DNA of 64,000 nt from a virus (IMGVR_UViG_3300036773_000146:1-64000), one strand, 5' to 3'; counted from the first letter of the stretch, positions 1 through 10,001 are shown. The notes: generated from the sequence alone by a model not told the origin. Made by a program: numbers and translations.

Positions 1-60
1 CGGTGGGTCATGGCGGCCTCCTCGCCTGTTGGGCAGGCCGCAGCCGCCGGGAAGCAGGTC

Positions 61-2268
61 CTAGACGACTTCCTCGTCCCAGTCCTGCTGCCACTTCTCG
101 CTCGTGGCGATGGTCACGTGCTTGCGCATACCGACGATGCGCACGTCCCCGTACCGGCCGGAGGGCCGGTAGTTCTCCGGCCGAGCCTCGATCAGCTCGC
201 CATCCTCATCGCGAACGTCCTCGATCCGGTTGTCCGGACCTGCGTAGTGCTCCAACGCGGCCTTGCGGATCTGCCGGGGCTCGTACCGGTAATTCTTGAT
301 CTTCGCGGCCTTCGGCATGGTGGCCCGCTGCTCGTCGGATTCCGGCGGTCGCTGGTCACCCTCCTCGGCGGGGTCGCCGTACACGTCTCCGGGCACGGCG
401 CCGTCCTGCGGCAGCTGCGCCACCGCATCCTCGGCGGGGTCTTCTTCCTCGTCCTCGGGAGTGGGCGCCAGCGCCGGGATCGGCTGGTCCTGGGTGCCCA
501 GCGTGGGCAGCGCGGCATCCTCGGCCTGCTGTTGGACCTGGAGGGGTTTCGGCTGGAAGTCCTGCTTCAGGTCATCAGGGATCGGCAGGCCCGCGTCGCG
601 CAGCGCTTCGTAGCTCTTGCGCCGGGTCTCCTGCTCGGCCACCGAGAGCGCGACCTGCTCCTCGGACTTCTCCTCGGTCATGTCGTCGAAGTCCAGGCCG
701 GTGCCGAGGATGCGACGCCTCATCGGGATCGGGACGCCGGTGGCGACCAGGCCCTCGATGAACTGCCGCTCCTGCATCTGGTCGCTCAAGTTGAGCGTGT
801 CGAACTCCAGTTCCGGTACGAGGAGCTTCGGCTGCTCGATGATCTTCTCTTCGCCGGTCTCCTCGTCCACGACGAGGACCTCTTCCATCTTCACGTAGCG
901 CTTGCCGTTGCGGACGTCGTAGTCCCAGTGCTCCTGCGCCTCGGCGACGATGGCCGCGCGGTCGTGGAAGAACTTCTTCAGCTGACGCTGGTGGTCGGTC
1001 ATCAGCTGAGTGACCACGTCACGATTGAGTGCGTCGGCCGCGTAGGTCTCGCCCGCATCGGCGCCGGTGAGCATGGTCTGGCTCAGGCCGAACGCCATCA
1101 GCATCCGCGACTCCAGCCGGTCGAAGTCCGGCGAAAGGTCCGGCATCTCCTCCTTGCCGAAGACGTTCTCGATCTGGGTGGTGAAGTTGTCCACCATCAC
1201 CCGGAAGTCGGCGGCCAGCGCCTCGTCGAGAGACTCACGGAAGGCGTCCAGATCGTCGCGGGTCGGGATCCACGGGCTCTGCGTACCCAGGTCATTGGCC
1301 GACGCACCGATCTTGGCCAGGATCAGCGGCGTGTAGAGGCGGTCGGCGATCGCATCCTGGGCGGTGTTGAGCATCTCCTCCTGCAAGACCGACCGGAAGG
1401 CCCGCATGATGATCGGGATACCGCGCTTGTGGAAGGTGTCGGCCTCGAACTTGATGTGCTTGAGCAGCATCGAGGAGACCGGCATCCGGCTGTTCTCGCC
1501 CGCGTAGGCCACCAGCTCCGGATAGGACTCGGCGATCTGGTTGTACTCCCACACCGGCGTCCGGGTGCGCAGCACATCGCGCAGCGCCTCCGGCAGCTTG
1601 ATCAGGAAGCGCGGGTCGCGCGAGATCGGCGAGGTCTCCACGGTGACGTCGTTCGGGTGCAGCAGCTCCTCGGCCTCCCACACGCCCAGCGTCTCGTTGA
1701 AGGTGCCGAGCGGGAACGCCTCGCCGACCATCCACTTTTCCCGGCTCATGGCCACCAGGTAGTCCCGGTAGTTGAGCTGGTTCATGAACAGATCGTCGTA
1801 GAACTCCTCCAGCTGCTTGTCCTTGCAGACGATTTTCATGCCCTGCAACGGATATTTCGCGTAGATGTCGATGCAGCTGGCCAACAGTGGGTGCGTCAGA
1901 TAAAGCAGGCGACAGAATTCGCGCAGCTTCGCCATTTCCTCGTCTTTGGAAATGTCGAAAGGCAGGTTGTTCTGGCGCCAGTAGAACATTGGGTCGCGCG
2001 GGCGCCCGATGGCGAAGGACATGTCCCCGGTGCCGCCGCCCCAGCCGCCCATTGAACCGCCGCCGATCGGTGCGCTGCCGTGCTTGCGCAGGGCCAACCT
2101 TCGGTTCTGCCGCATCTGCTGGTAGGTCGAGTCGTCGCGGTACGCCGAGCCACCACCCCCGGCCAACGAAGATCCCGGGGGCACGAGGAGACCGCTGCCG
2201 GGGGTGGCTTGCATGTCGGACCCGGGGCGGTTCTGCCCTCGTCGATCGTTAATCCGGAAGTCGGGCAC
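61..2268 (-). CDS. Putative phage portal protein
   Basis: 735 aa ORF with GC-rich codon usage. The helical core (RPRDPMFYW...LYLTHPLLASCIDIYAKYPL; GIPIIMRAFRSVLQEEML...DRLYTPL) and acidic tail resemble portals of large actinophage myoviruses, recognised from memory. It lies in a head-module context. Confidence 0.7.
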   Translation of the reverse strand: MPDFRINDRRGQNRPGSDMQATPGSGLLVPPGSSLAGGGGSAYRDDSTYQQMRQNRRLALRKHGSAPIGGGSMGGWGGGTGDMSFAIGRPRDPMFYWRQNNLPFDISKDEEMAKLREFCRLLYLTHPLLASCIDIYAKYPLQGMKIVCKDKQLEEFYDDLFMNQLNYRDYLVAMSREKWMVGEAFPLGTFNETLGVWEAEELLHPNDVTVETSPISRDPRFLIKLPEALRDVLRTRTPVWEYNQIAESYPELVAYAGENSRMPVSSMLLKHIKFEADTFHKRGIPIIMRAFRSVLQEEMLNTAQDAIADRLYTPLILAKIGASANDLGTQSPWIPTRDDLDAFRESLDEALAADFRVMVDNFTTQIENVFGKEEMPDLSPDFDRLESRMLMAFGLSQTMLTGADAGETYAADALNRDVVTQLMTDHQRQLKKFFHDRAAIVAEAQEHWDYDVRNGKRYVKMEEVLVVDEETGEEKIIEQPKLLVPELEFDTLNLSDQMQERQFIEGLVATGVPIPMRRRILGTGLDFDDMTEEKSEEQVALSVAEQETRRKSYEALRDAGLPIPDDLKQDFQPKPLQVQQQAEDAALPTLGTQDQPIPALAPTPEDEEEDPAEDAVAQLPQDGAVPGDVYGDPAEEGDQRPPESDEQRATMPKAAKIKNYRYEPRQIRKAALEHYAGPDNRIEDVRDEDGELIEARPENYRPSGRYGDVRIVGMRKHVTIATSEKWQQDWDEEVV

Positions 2269-2292
2269 GAGATGGCTCCCTGGGTCCTGTGA

Positions 2293-2514
2293 TCAGTCCT
2301 GCTTCGCCGGTGCAGTCTTGGCGTCAGCGGGCTGGGTGGTGTTCTTGCTGCTGTCCTTCTGAGGTGCCGGGGCGGGAGCCACGACGCCGTAAGAGACCAG
2401 CCTATCGATCTCGACCTGTTCCCGCGCGTCTCCGGCGTCCAACTTGATCGTGTCGCCGGGCTTGTGCGCGCCCTCATCATCGGTCCAGTCGACCAGCACC
2501 GTGTAGGTGGCCAT
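2293..2514 (-). CDS. Small head-module hypothetical protein
   Basis: 73 aa ORF with an AGGAG RBS, tightly coupled between the intein gene and the portal. Confidence 0.7.
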   Translation of the reverse strand: MATYTVLVDWTDDEGAHKPGDTIKLDAGDAREQVEIDRLVSYGVVAPAPAPQKDSSKNTTQPADAKTAPAKQD

Positions 2515-2515
2515 C

Positions 2516-5281
2516 TCAGCTCTCCTTCAGACGAGTCAGCATCGTGCGGCGGTCACGCGCCGCCTCCAGAGCCACGTGGCGCAGGAACGAGGCCAGCGGC
2601 ACACCGTCACCGTGGGCCGTGCGGAAGGACTTCTTCGCGAACGGGTTGCCGCCGCCGTCGGAGTCGGCAGGCTCCTGCTCGGCGTCCGCATCGTCGTCGG
2701 CGAAGGGGTTCGTGTCGTCGTCCCCGTCGGCGTCCGGGTCATCGGGATCCACCGGCGTGCCCTGAGCCTGCTGCTGGGCGGCCATGGTCTCGTCATCGTC
2801 GCCCGGCCACTGCGGGCCCATGCCAGGCACCTGCATCGGCACGCCGTTGATCGTCTGCGGGAAGGCCGGGAAGCGCGGCTGCACCTGCACGGTGAAGCAC
2901 GCCTTGTCGAAACCACACTCGATGGTGCCGTCAGAACGAGCAATTACTCGACCGGATCCACAGAACGGACAGTTGCCCGTCAGCAGGTTGTCCTCCAGCA
3001 CGAACACATCCGTGCCGTGCGCCCGCACGCAGTAGACGGGCTCGACCTTGCCCGTGGGCCGCACGGACTCCACGGTCCAGCCGATCCGCGCCGGGCGCTC
3101 GTGGTCTGCGCGGGCCCGCTGGTCGTCGCGCAGGAAGAACTCGGGCCGCAGATCCTCGGCCATGAAGTCCATCGCATGGATGGCTGTCGGGGTGCTGCCG
3201 TAGCCCGTGCGCATCTTGGTGTGCGGCTCGTAGGTGCCGATGCCGAGCACCGTGGCGATGTCGCGCACGCGCTCCAGTGTCTCCAGGGACGCCGAGGACA
3301 GCGACACCTGCCCGGCGGGGGTCACCGAGCCGTCGGCGGCGAAGAGCCCCATCAGCCAGCCGAGCAGGTACTCCGGCGATTCGTACAGCGTCGGAACGAC
3401 CTTGGTGTAGCCCTTCATCCCGGAGGTGTAGCGCAGGCCCTCCACACCGTTCTCGGTGCGTGTGGCGTAGCTCTGCACCGCGACCTCGTCGAAGTACTTC
3501 GCCAGCTGGCGCTTCTCGCCCCAGAGCGTGACGGCACCGTAGGTTCCGGCCGTGCGTTGCAGGATGGTGCCATCGCCGTAGACGAAGCCCATCCGGATGC
3601 CCTCGCGGTCCGGTGCCAGGTCGAACTGGCGGGCGCGCAGGTGCGCCAGCCGCTGCCCCGGCTTGAGGTTCTGCGTGGTCACCACGCGGTCGGGACGGCG
3701 CACCAGCCACCGGTGCCCGGACGTCGCCCGGATCACCTTGGTGCGGCGGTTGCGCTTGAGCGTGACCTCCCACAGCTCCTGCTCGCCCAGCTCCTTGACC
3801 GGAGCCTCCATCCAGAAGCCGCCGTGCGGGTCGTCCGTCGACCCGGTCAGCACCCACTGAATGGTCCCGGCCGTCTCGGCGAAGGTCTTGATGCCCTCGC
3901 GCGTGATGTACCGGGTCTCCCCGCCGAAGCAGTGGAACACCACTTCCGGATCACCGGAATCGTGCGAGAGCTTGACGATGCGCGGCATGTCCTCGGCGAT
4001 GACCCGGGCGAGCTTCTGCACGCCGGGTGCGTTGTCGGGCAGGTCCCCGAAGCCAAGCAGGACCGCGTAGCGCACCACACGGGACTGGCCGAGATCGTGC
4101 GCCATCTCGTGCATGTGCCGGGGCAGGATGGCGATCTTCTGGTCGCCGAACTCGCCGTTCAGATGGAGGAAGGCATTCTGGCCCCGGGTCTCGGAGACCA
4201 TGGCCGGTCGGGCGTGCGGAGAGAACATCCGGGAGTGCGCCGCGAAGGCCGCCTCCTCGCCGTGCGCGTCGAATCCCCGGCCGGTGGCCGCGTGCCCGAA
4301 GGCGTCGTGCACCGCGCGGAACTTGTCGTTGTCCTCGTCGGAGAAGAACGGGTGGGAGCCGGTGCTGGCGGTTTTCAGGACCTTGATCTGCTTGTTGTTG
4401 CGCAGGTCGGAGACCATCTCGTGGACGTTCTTGTAGGGGTCGTAGTCGACCGGGTGGACCTTGATCCCCATCCGGTTCGTCAGGTGGTCGTACTGCTGCT
4501 GGACCTCGTGGCCCATGTGCTGGAAGGACGGGATGGCCTTCGCGTCCCGGTCGGGCAGCTTCTCGTAGGCGCGCCCGATGTCCTTGAGATCGTGCGCGTT
4601 CGTGCGCACGTTGCCGTAGTCGATGTCGTGCGGGTCGCCCAGGCCTGCATTGTGGTTGTAGGCCCGCGCGCCCTCGACGATGTGCCGCACCTGCTCGAAG
4701 GGTGCGTGGTCGCCCACCCGGTGGTCTTCGCGGCCCACGGCGTCCGCCCGCGCGTCCTGCTCCCCTCGGGGCAGGATCAGCGCGGCGGTGTGCACAGGCA
4801 GGCGGCGGCCGTTCGACACGTGGTACACGCCGAAGGTCCGCTTCTGCCACAGCTCGTGCGGATGTCCCTCCTCGGCGGCCGCGACCCGATGCTGGCCGTA
4901 CGGGACGTTGTTGTTCAGGCCGACGCCGTAGCCGTCGGCGAAGTGTTCGGGGTGCGGCGAGCGCGCGTGCTCACGGTCCATGTCGGTGAAGTCCGCTCTG
5001 TCCACGTTCTGGCCATGGTTCTGACCCAGTTCGTATCCCCGGTGCCACTCCCGCTCGTGCGGGGACAGGTCATCCTGGGACGGCTGGCGGGACTGCCTGA
5101 TCCAGTCCTGCGAGGTGAGCTGGTGCTCGGTGCCGTGCCCGGCGTACTCGCCGTGCCCGAAGTACTCGTCGTGCTCCGCGCGGCCGCCGCCGACACCGGC
5201 ACGCTCGTACCGGCGCTGCTGGGCGTCCTGCAAGCGCCGGAACTCGTCCCAGTCGGCCGCCTGGGCGCGGAGGTCACTCAT
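2516..5281 (-). CDS. Large head-module protein: HDxxGH/EE domain plus CxxC Zn-finger, interrupted by an intein
   Basis: The probable start is MSDLRAQAAD at 5281, overlapping the upstream gene's stop. It contains the FRAVHDAFGH...GEEAAF motif. Removing the intein gives VFH|CPFCGSG...IECGF. Confidence 0.75.
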   Translation of the reverse strand: MSDLRAQAADWDEFRRLQDAQQRRYERAGVGGGRAEHDEYFGHGEYAGHGTEHQLTSQDWIRQSRQPSQDDLSPHEREWHRGYELGQNHGQNVDRADFTDMDREHARSPHPEHFADGYGVGLNNNVPYGQHRVAAAEEGHPHELWQKRTFGVYHVSNGRRLPVHTAALILPRGEQDARADAVGREDHRVGDHAPFEQVRHIVEGARAYNHNAGLGDPHDIDYGNVRTNAHDLKDIGRAYEKLPDRDAKAIPSFQHMGHEVQQQYDHLTNRMGIKVHPVDYDPYKNVHEMVSDLRNNKQIKVLKTASTGSHPFFSDEDNDKFRAVHDAFGHAATGRGFDAHGEEAAFAAHSRMFSPHARPAMVSETRGQNAFLHLNGEFGDQKIAILPRHMHEMAHDLGQSRVVRYAVLLGFGDLPDNAPGVQKLARVIAEDMPRIVKLSHDSGDPEVVFHCFGGETRYITREGIKTFAETAGTIQWVLTGSTDDPHGGFWMEAPVKELGEQELWEVTLKRNRRTKVIRATSGHRWLVRRPDRVVTTQNLKPGQRLAHLRARQFDLAPDREGIRMGFVYGDGTILQRTAGTYGAVTLWGEKRQLAKYFDEVAVQSYATRTENGVEGLRYTSGMKGYTKVVPTLYESPEYLLGWLMGLFAADGSVTPAGQVSLSSASLETLERVRDIATVLGIGTYEPHTKMRTGYGSTPTAIHAMDFMAEDLRPEFFLRDDQRARADHERPARIGWTVESVRPTGKVEPVYCVRAHGTDVFVLEDNLLTGNCPFCGSGRVIARSDGTIECGFDKACFTVQVQPRFPAFPQTINGVPMQVPGMGPQWPGDDDETMAAQQQAQGTPVDPDDPDADGDDDTNPFADDDADAEQEPADSDGGGNPFAKKSFRTAHGDGVPLASFLRHVALEAARDRRTMLTRLKES
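2972..3931 (-). mobile_element. Intein with LAGLIDADG-type homing endonuclease (320 aa)
   Basis: Block A CFGGETRYITREG, block B ATSGHRW, LAGLIDADG-like MGFVYGDG and LMGLFAADG, block F VYCVRA, and C-terminus LLTGN followed by Cys+1. Confidence 0.9.
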
Positions 5282-5783
5282 ACTCGCCGCCGAAGGCCTC
5301 GGCGAGCAGCTGGCGCGAGGCCAGCCGGTAAACCTCGTGCCGATCCTCTTCCTCCAGTTCGGCCAGGTGCTCGCCGAGGGTGGCCGAGTGCCGCAGCTGG
5401 CCCTCCACGTACGCCTGGGCGTCCTCGACGACCGAGCCCACCTCCGCGAAGGCCCCGGCCGTGGCCAGGGACTGGAGCACGGCTCCGTACCCGCCGGAGG
5501 CCAGGGCGTGCCGGGCGCCGGTGCGGGAGATCGAGCCGTACTCCAGCGAATCGGCCAGCAGATCGGGCTCAGTGGACGCCTGACGCACGTTCTTGCCCGC
5601 CGGGGCCACATCATCGCCGAGACTGGCCACGAAGACCGTGGCGCCCGCACGGGGTCCGGACAGCAGCTTCAGGTGACCGGAGTCGGCTGTGGCCAGCATG
5701 AGGATCTTGGCGTGCGTACCGAGCGGCACGCCGTTGCTGCCGTCACCGATGCTGGTGACCATCTGGCCCTCGTGGAACATCAT
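5274..5783 (-). CDS. Hypothetical protein (head module)
   Basis: The start MMFHEGQ overlaps the upstream stop, with a GGAGG RBS. Confidence 0.7.
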   Translation of the reverse strand: MMFHEGQMVTSIGDGSNGVPLGTHAKILMLATADSGHLKLLSGPRAGATVFVASLGDDVAPAGKNVRQASTEPDLLADSLEYGSISRTGARHALASGGYGAVLQSLATAGAFAEVGSVVEDAQAYVEGQLRHSATLGEHLAELEEEDRHEVYRLASRQLLAEAFGGEYE

Positions 5784-6640
5784 GCCTCCGGGTGCTTGAT
5801 CACCGATTGGCGCGCGAAGCCCAGGATCTCCGACAGGCTCAGCCCGGGATTCGTCCGGCCGATCACCGCGACGCGCCGTAGCAGGGTGCCGTCCTTCTTC
5901 CCGGCCGTGCGGCGACCGGTGGCCCGGAACGGGTCCCGGCCCCATGCGTAGCCGCCGGGTCGGTAGGGATCGACCTCGGGGTGCTTGTCCAGATCAATCA
6001 GCGATCCGCACTTGGTCTGGCAGACCCAGTGGGCGTGCTCCTGTGCGTCGGCCAGCAACTGGGTGCCGGGCGCCGCGCACTTCGGGCACGGAGCGCTCAG
6101 CTCGATCGGGGCAGAGTCCTTGCGCCGTCCGAGGAACGGGGTCGTGGTGACCTTCTGGCCCAGGTCGTACTCGTGCGGCGCCACGTACGGCGCGTCCTTG
6201 GGCGTGGTCGGCGCGTCATTCGGGCGGCGCTTGTTGTAGACGTAGGCGTTGGACTCCTGCGTCAGCTCCTCGCCGGGGATCGGCCGAGTCGGCGCGCGCT
6301 TTTCGCTCATCGTTTCGGTGCGCTCGGGCGCGGCCATCGGGTTCGCCGAGGGCATGTCGCCCTCGTACTCGTTCCAGCCGTCGATCGGGTCATTGCCGAC
6401 CTCGGCCGGGAAGCGGTCATGCGCCTCGGCCGGTGCGGGCATCCCGGGCTGGTGCGCGGCCTGCTTCATGAAGTCCACGAAGATCGGTCCCTCACCGCGC
6501 AGCACGGCGAGGCGGCGGTGCTGCTCGGGCTCGTCGAGCCAGAGATCCACGTCGCGGGATCCGCAGCTGTGCACGACGCTGCCGAGTTTGTTCGCCAGGC
6601 CACGTTCACCGCAGCCGAAGCAGATGACGGCGTAGGGCAT
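5780..6640 (-). CDS. Cys-rich Zn-ribbon protein (head module)
   Basis: CFGC...HSC and CPKC...CQTKC motifs; translationally coupled to both neighbours. Confidence 0.7.
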   Translation of the reverse strand: MPYAVICFGCGERGLANKLGSVVHSCGSRDVDLWLDEPEQHRRLAVLRGEGPIFVDFMKQAAHQPGMPAPAEAHDRFPAEVGNDPIDGWNEYEGDMPSANPMAAPERTETMSEKRAPTRPIPGEELTQESNAYVYNKRRPNDAPTTPKDAPYVAPHEYDLGQKVTTTPFLGRRKDSAPIELSAPCPKCAAPGTQLLADAQEHAHWVCQTKCGSLIDLDKHPEVDPYRPGGYAWGRDPFRATGRRTAGKKDGTLLRRVAVIGRTNPGLSLSEILGFARQSVIKHPEA

Positions 6641-8475
6641 CAGTCGTCCTCCTCGTCGTCATCCGGCTTCTCGCCCTGTGACTGGGTTTCCACGATCGGG
6701 ATGGGGCGGCCGGGCCGTTGCGGCGTGTTCACGTTGCGATCGCCACCGGCCTGCAACGGCCGCTGCTGCGCGGCCGCGTCCCAGGTCTTCTCCTGGTACT
6801 CGTCACCCACACCCGAGGGATTGTCGAACGTCGGGCGCTCCCGCACGTCGGCCTGATGGCGGCTGGCCATGGTGTTCATCGGCGCCTGCGGCTGCGTCGG
6901 CGGTGTCTGCCCGGCCATCGGGTTCTCACCGACCGAGCCGTTCGGGATGGTCAGCGGCGCACCTGCCGTCGAGCCGGGGCCGCCCTGCATGGATCCGGGG
7001 GCCGGGGGCGCCTCGTTGGGATCCACCTGGGCCGGAGTCGAGCCGGAGTTCGCTCCGCCCATGTCCGATGAAGATGCGTCGGCGAGCACCCAGCGCGCGA
7101 CATGGCGCGCGCCCTCGTGCTTGTGCATCATCATCGCCTTGAAGGACGCGATGGCATCCTCCTCGGAATCGTGGTGTGAAAGGACCTTGCCGGTGCCCTT
7201 CTGGGTCACCACGTACCCGGCGCCGTCCGGGTTGGGCTTCACATACTGGTACTCGGCCTGCTTGCGGGCGGCCAGCACTCGCGACGCCTGGGCATTGGCC
7301 ACCCACGGGTGGTCGTCCGGAAGCCGGACGCCGTGGCCCGGGTTGCCGGTGAGGTGCTTCCAGGTGTCGCCCTCGCGGTAGACCGGCGAGTTGCAGTGCG
7401 CGCAGGCGCCGTGGTTGTCCTTCTCGGCCAGCACGTATCGGCCAGCGGTACGGGCGGCCGCGCCCTGTGATCCGCTGGGCTGAGCCTCGCCGTACATGTC
7501 CACGCGCTCGTCCGGTTCGGGCAGGCTCACGTCCGGCGCGAAGCCGTCACCCTGCAATCCGGCCGAGCCCTGGTCGAAAAAGGCCGGGTTCGAGCTTCCG
7601 GGCGGCCCGGTCTGCACGCCCTCACCCTGGTAGTCGACGGCCGTGCGCGCGGTGAGGGTGGCACCGAACTGCATCGGCCGGTCGACCCACGCCGCGTTCG
7701 GCGGGACCGTCCACAGGCCGGGCTGCATCGGGTATTGCGCGTTCATCGGGTTGTACGGGTCGGGCCCGGCCGGGAACTGCGCGAACTGGCCGTCGGAGGC
7801 AGTATTGGGACCGGCCTCCGGGCCGTCGGCGAAGTAGTCGGGGTTCCCCGGCGCCTGGCCGCCGCCCTCCGGCGGGGTCGGACCGACGGCGGCCTGCTTG
7901 GTCGAGCGGTAGTCCTCGTGCAGCGAGGCCACCACCTGGTCACGGAAGCCGGGTTCGGGGAACAGCTCCTCGACGCGGTCCTCCACCAGCGCAAGCCGGT
8001 GACCGAACTCGTGCTCGGACATGGCGGCGGAGAGGAACGGCCAGAACGTGGCCACAGCCACCTTGGCGCGCACCATGCGCTCGTGGTGCAGCTCGGCCTC
8101 GGCATCCCGTGAGACGACGCCCCACAGATCAACAGTCATCGCTTCCTCCGTCGGCTGGCGCCGGGCGTTGTGCAGGGTGGTGGTGTCCACGGCCGGACCG
8201 GGACCGACATACGGCATGTCCGCGTAGGGCTGCTTCTTCGGCTCGTCGGGAGCCTTCAACTCGGGGTCGGAGGTCACCGGCGTACCGGCCGGTTCCGCTC
8301 CGTTGTACGGCGCCGGGCCGCCGGGACTGGCGGGGTCCTGGCCGTCGGTGTCCGGGGTGGATACCAGGTCACGAGGTGTCTGGTACTCGTTACCCGGCTC
8401 GCTCGCCTGGGGGTCCAGGGACATCGACTGGGAGTCGGCGGAGGAGAACCCATCAGCCGTGCGGGTCAAGCTCAT
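6640..8475 (-). CDS. Large Pro/Gly-rich protein, probable internal head or scaffold protein
   Basis: GGAGGAGG RBS before MSLTRTADG; low-complexity linkers; one CAHC motif. Confidence 0.65.
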   Translation of the reverse strand: MSLTRTADGFSSADSQSMSLDPQASEPGNEYQTPRDLVSTPDTDGQDPASPGGPAPYNGAEPAGTPVTSDPELKAPDEPKKQPYADMPYVGPGPAVDTTTLHNARRQPTEEAMTVDLWGVVSRDAEAELHHERMVRAKVAVATFWPFLSAAMSEHEFGHRLALVEDRVEELFPEPGFRDQVVASLHEDYRSTKQAAVGPTPPEGGGQAPGNPDYFADGPEAGPNTASDGQFAQFPAGPDPYNPMNAQYPMQPGLWTVPPNAAWVDRPMQFGATLTARTAVDYQGEGVQTGPPGSSNPAFFDQGSAGLQGDGFAPDVSLPEPDERVDMYGEAQPSGSQGAAARTAGRYVLAEKDNHGACAHCNSPVYREGDTWKHLTGNPGHGVRLPDDHPWVANAQASRVLAARKQAEYQYVKPNPDGAGYVVTQKGTGKVLSHHDSEEDAIASFKAMMMHKHEGARHVARWVLADASSSDMGGANSGSTPAQVDPNEAPPAPGSMQGGPGSTAGAPLTIPNGSVGENPMAGQTPPTQPQAPMNTMASRHQADVRERPTFDNPSGVGDEYQEKTWDAAAQQRPLQAGGDRNVNTPQRPGRPIPIVETQSQGEKPDDDEEDD

Positions 8476-8507
8476 CGGTCCTCCTCCGTCGTCGTGGTGG
8501 TGATGGG

Positions 8508-9851
8508 TCAGGCGTTGCGGGGGTCGCGCAGCCACGCCTTGCGCTGCTCGATGAACTTCTCCGCCGCCTTGATCTGCGGGTCGTGCAGCGCGGCGTCCGT
8601 GCGCAGGCCCGGGGAGACCGAGGACTGGCCGACGTCGGCCTGCGCGGGCTGACCTTCCGACCACTGGGACGGGATGTTGGTCTCGTCGTCCAGCTCGCTG
8701 GCGCCGATGCCGGTGCCCGGCCGGTTGCCCTGGTCGCCGCCGTAGCCGTAGACCGGATCCGGCGCGCCGAGGTTGTGACCACCCTCGCCGGGCGGCGGCG
8801 AGTTGGGGACGTAACCGCCCGCGCCCATGTCGCCCATCCAGCCGGAGGCGTCGTACCCGGCTTCCTTCATCGCGGCCTCGTAGGCCTGCCGGGCGACGGC
8901 GGTGGCGCGCTTGGAGGCACCCTTGCGCTGGTCGCGCTCGCCGATCTGCTGCTCGGTCTGCTGGATGGTCTGCTGCACCGGGTCGTTCCCGAGGTCCCAG
9001 GGGAAGGCCACCTCCTCCGGCAGCGGGGTCGGCTGGAGGTGGGTGTCCGAGGGGTCCACGGTCTGCTGGACCTGGTCCAGGCCGGAGTACGCCTGGTGGC
9101 GGCTGGCCGACCGCTGCTGGTTGATCATGTTGCTCCCGTCCCGTTGGGTTCCTTCATCACCGTTGGCCAGATCCGCCGAGTTGTCGGTCTGTCCGAGCCC
9201 CGGGTCGTTGACCGGGACCACGTCCTGTGAGGCGCCGGAGCCGTTATTGGCCTCCAGCTCTTGAATCTGCGGCGCGCGCTCGGAGGTGGTGGCCTCCAGC
9301 GACAGCGCGGTGCTGTAGTTCGGCATCCCGTCGCCAGGCATGCCCTGCTCGGCAGCGGCAGTGTGGCTGTGGGTTGGCGGGATGTTCCCGGCGCGCAGAT
9401 CCTGCTGGCGCATGCCGTCGGTCTCCTCGACGAAGGACTGGAACGCCGCCGCCGCCTGCTTGCCGAATTGGCCGGAGATGTGACGGGCGACGCCCTTGGC
9501 CTGCTCGGCGAACTCGTCGTAGTCGGCCTTCACGTCCGGCGACGTCCGGTCGTACCAGAGCGAGGCCTGGGTGACGATGTGCGCGTTCACCTCGGCGGCC
9601 GGGACTTCGGTGTCAAGACCGTGCATCCAGTCGGACGCCGTGGTGATCAGCGAGTGTGTCTGCACGGGCTGCATCCGCTCGGCGACGATCTTCGCGCCCA
9701 GTTCGGTCTGCTTGGAGGCCTCGTGCGCGGCGTAGACGGCGTGCCGAGCTTCCTCGGCCGCCCGGACCAGTCGCTGCTGTTCCGCGTGGTCCTCGGTCCG
9801 CCCGGCCTCCACCAGGAGCCGCGAGACATCGGTGCTCGTCGGGAGGGTCAT
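8508..9851 (-). CDS. Probable virion head or scaffold-associated protein
   Basis: 447 aa first gene of the structural operon, following a terminator. Function is inferred from context only. Confidence 0.6.
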   Translation of the reverse strand: MTLPTSTDVSRLLVEAGRTEDHAEQQRLVRAAEEARHAVYAAHEASKQTELGAKIVAERMQPVQTHSLITTASDWMHGLDTEVPAAEVNAHIVTQASLWYDRTSPDVKADYDEFAEQAKGVARHISGQFGKQAAAAFQSFVEETDGMRQQDLRAGNIPPTHSHTAAAEQGMPGDGMPNYSTALSLEATTSERAPQIQELEANNGSGASQDVVPVNDPGLGQTDNSADLANGDEGTQRDGSNMINQQRSASRHQAYSGLDQVQQTVDPSDTHLQPTPLPEEVAFPWDLGNDPVQQTIQQTEQQIGERDQRKGASKRATAVARQAYEAAMKEAGYDASGWMGDMGAGGYVPNSPPPGEGGHNLGAPDPVYGYGGDQGNRPGTGIGASELDDETNIPSQWSEGQPAQADVGQSSVSPGLRTDAALHDPQIKAAEKFIEQRKAWLRDPRNA

Positions 9852-9886
9852 GGTGGGTCAGCCTTCCTCGGGGGTGCCTTCTCGGA

Positions 9887-9916
9887 CATTGGTGTGGAGA
9901 AGGCTTCCCGGGTACA
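9887..9916 (-). promoter_or_regulatory. Candidate late promoter TGTA-N16-CACACCAATG
   Basis: The same bipartite motif with the same spacing occurs at 22889-22918 on the plus strand. Confidence 0.4.
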
Positions 9917-9930
9917 GGCCCAGACGTGAA

Positions 9931-9963
9931 ACAGCCCCGCCGCAAGGAGGACGGCGGGGCTGT
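9931..9963 (-). terminator. Intrinsic terminator separating the early region from the structural operon
   Basis: 12-bp stem ACAGCCCCGCCG/CGGCGGGGCTGT with a short T-run on the minus strand. Confidence 0.6.
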
Positions 9964-10001
9964 CGGCTTCCGCCTTGCGGCGGGTGATGGCTCGGGACAG
10001 G

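Noticed and set aside
5282-5650. N-terminal extension of the 1044-aa ORF
   Set aside because: It overlaps the real gene 5274-5783 in another frame; the better start is at 5281.
10-9929. Long plus-strand ORFs (10-2055, 2507-5701, 8109-9230, and also 26559-28673)
   Set aside because: They are antisense shadows of real minus-strand genes, typical of high-GC DNA, with no RBS or recognisable motifs.
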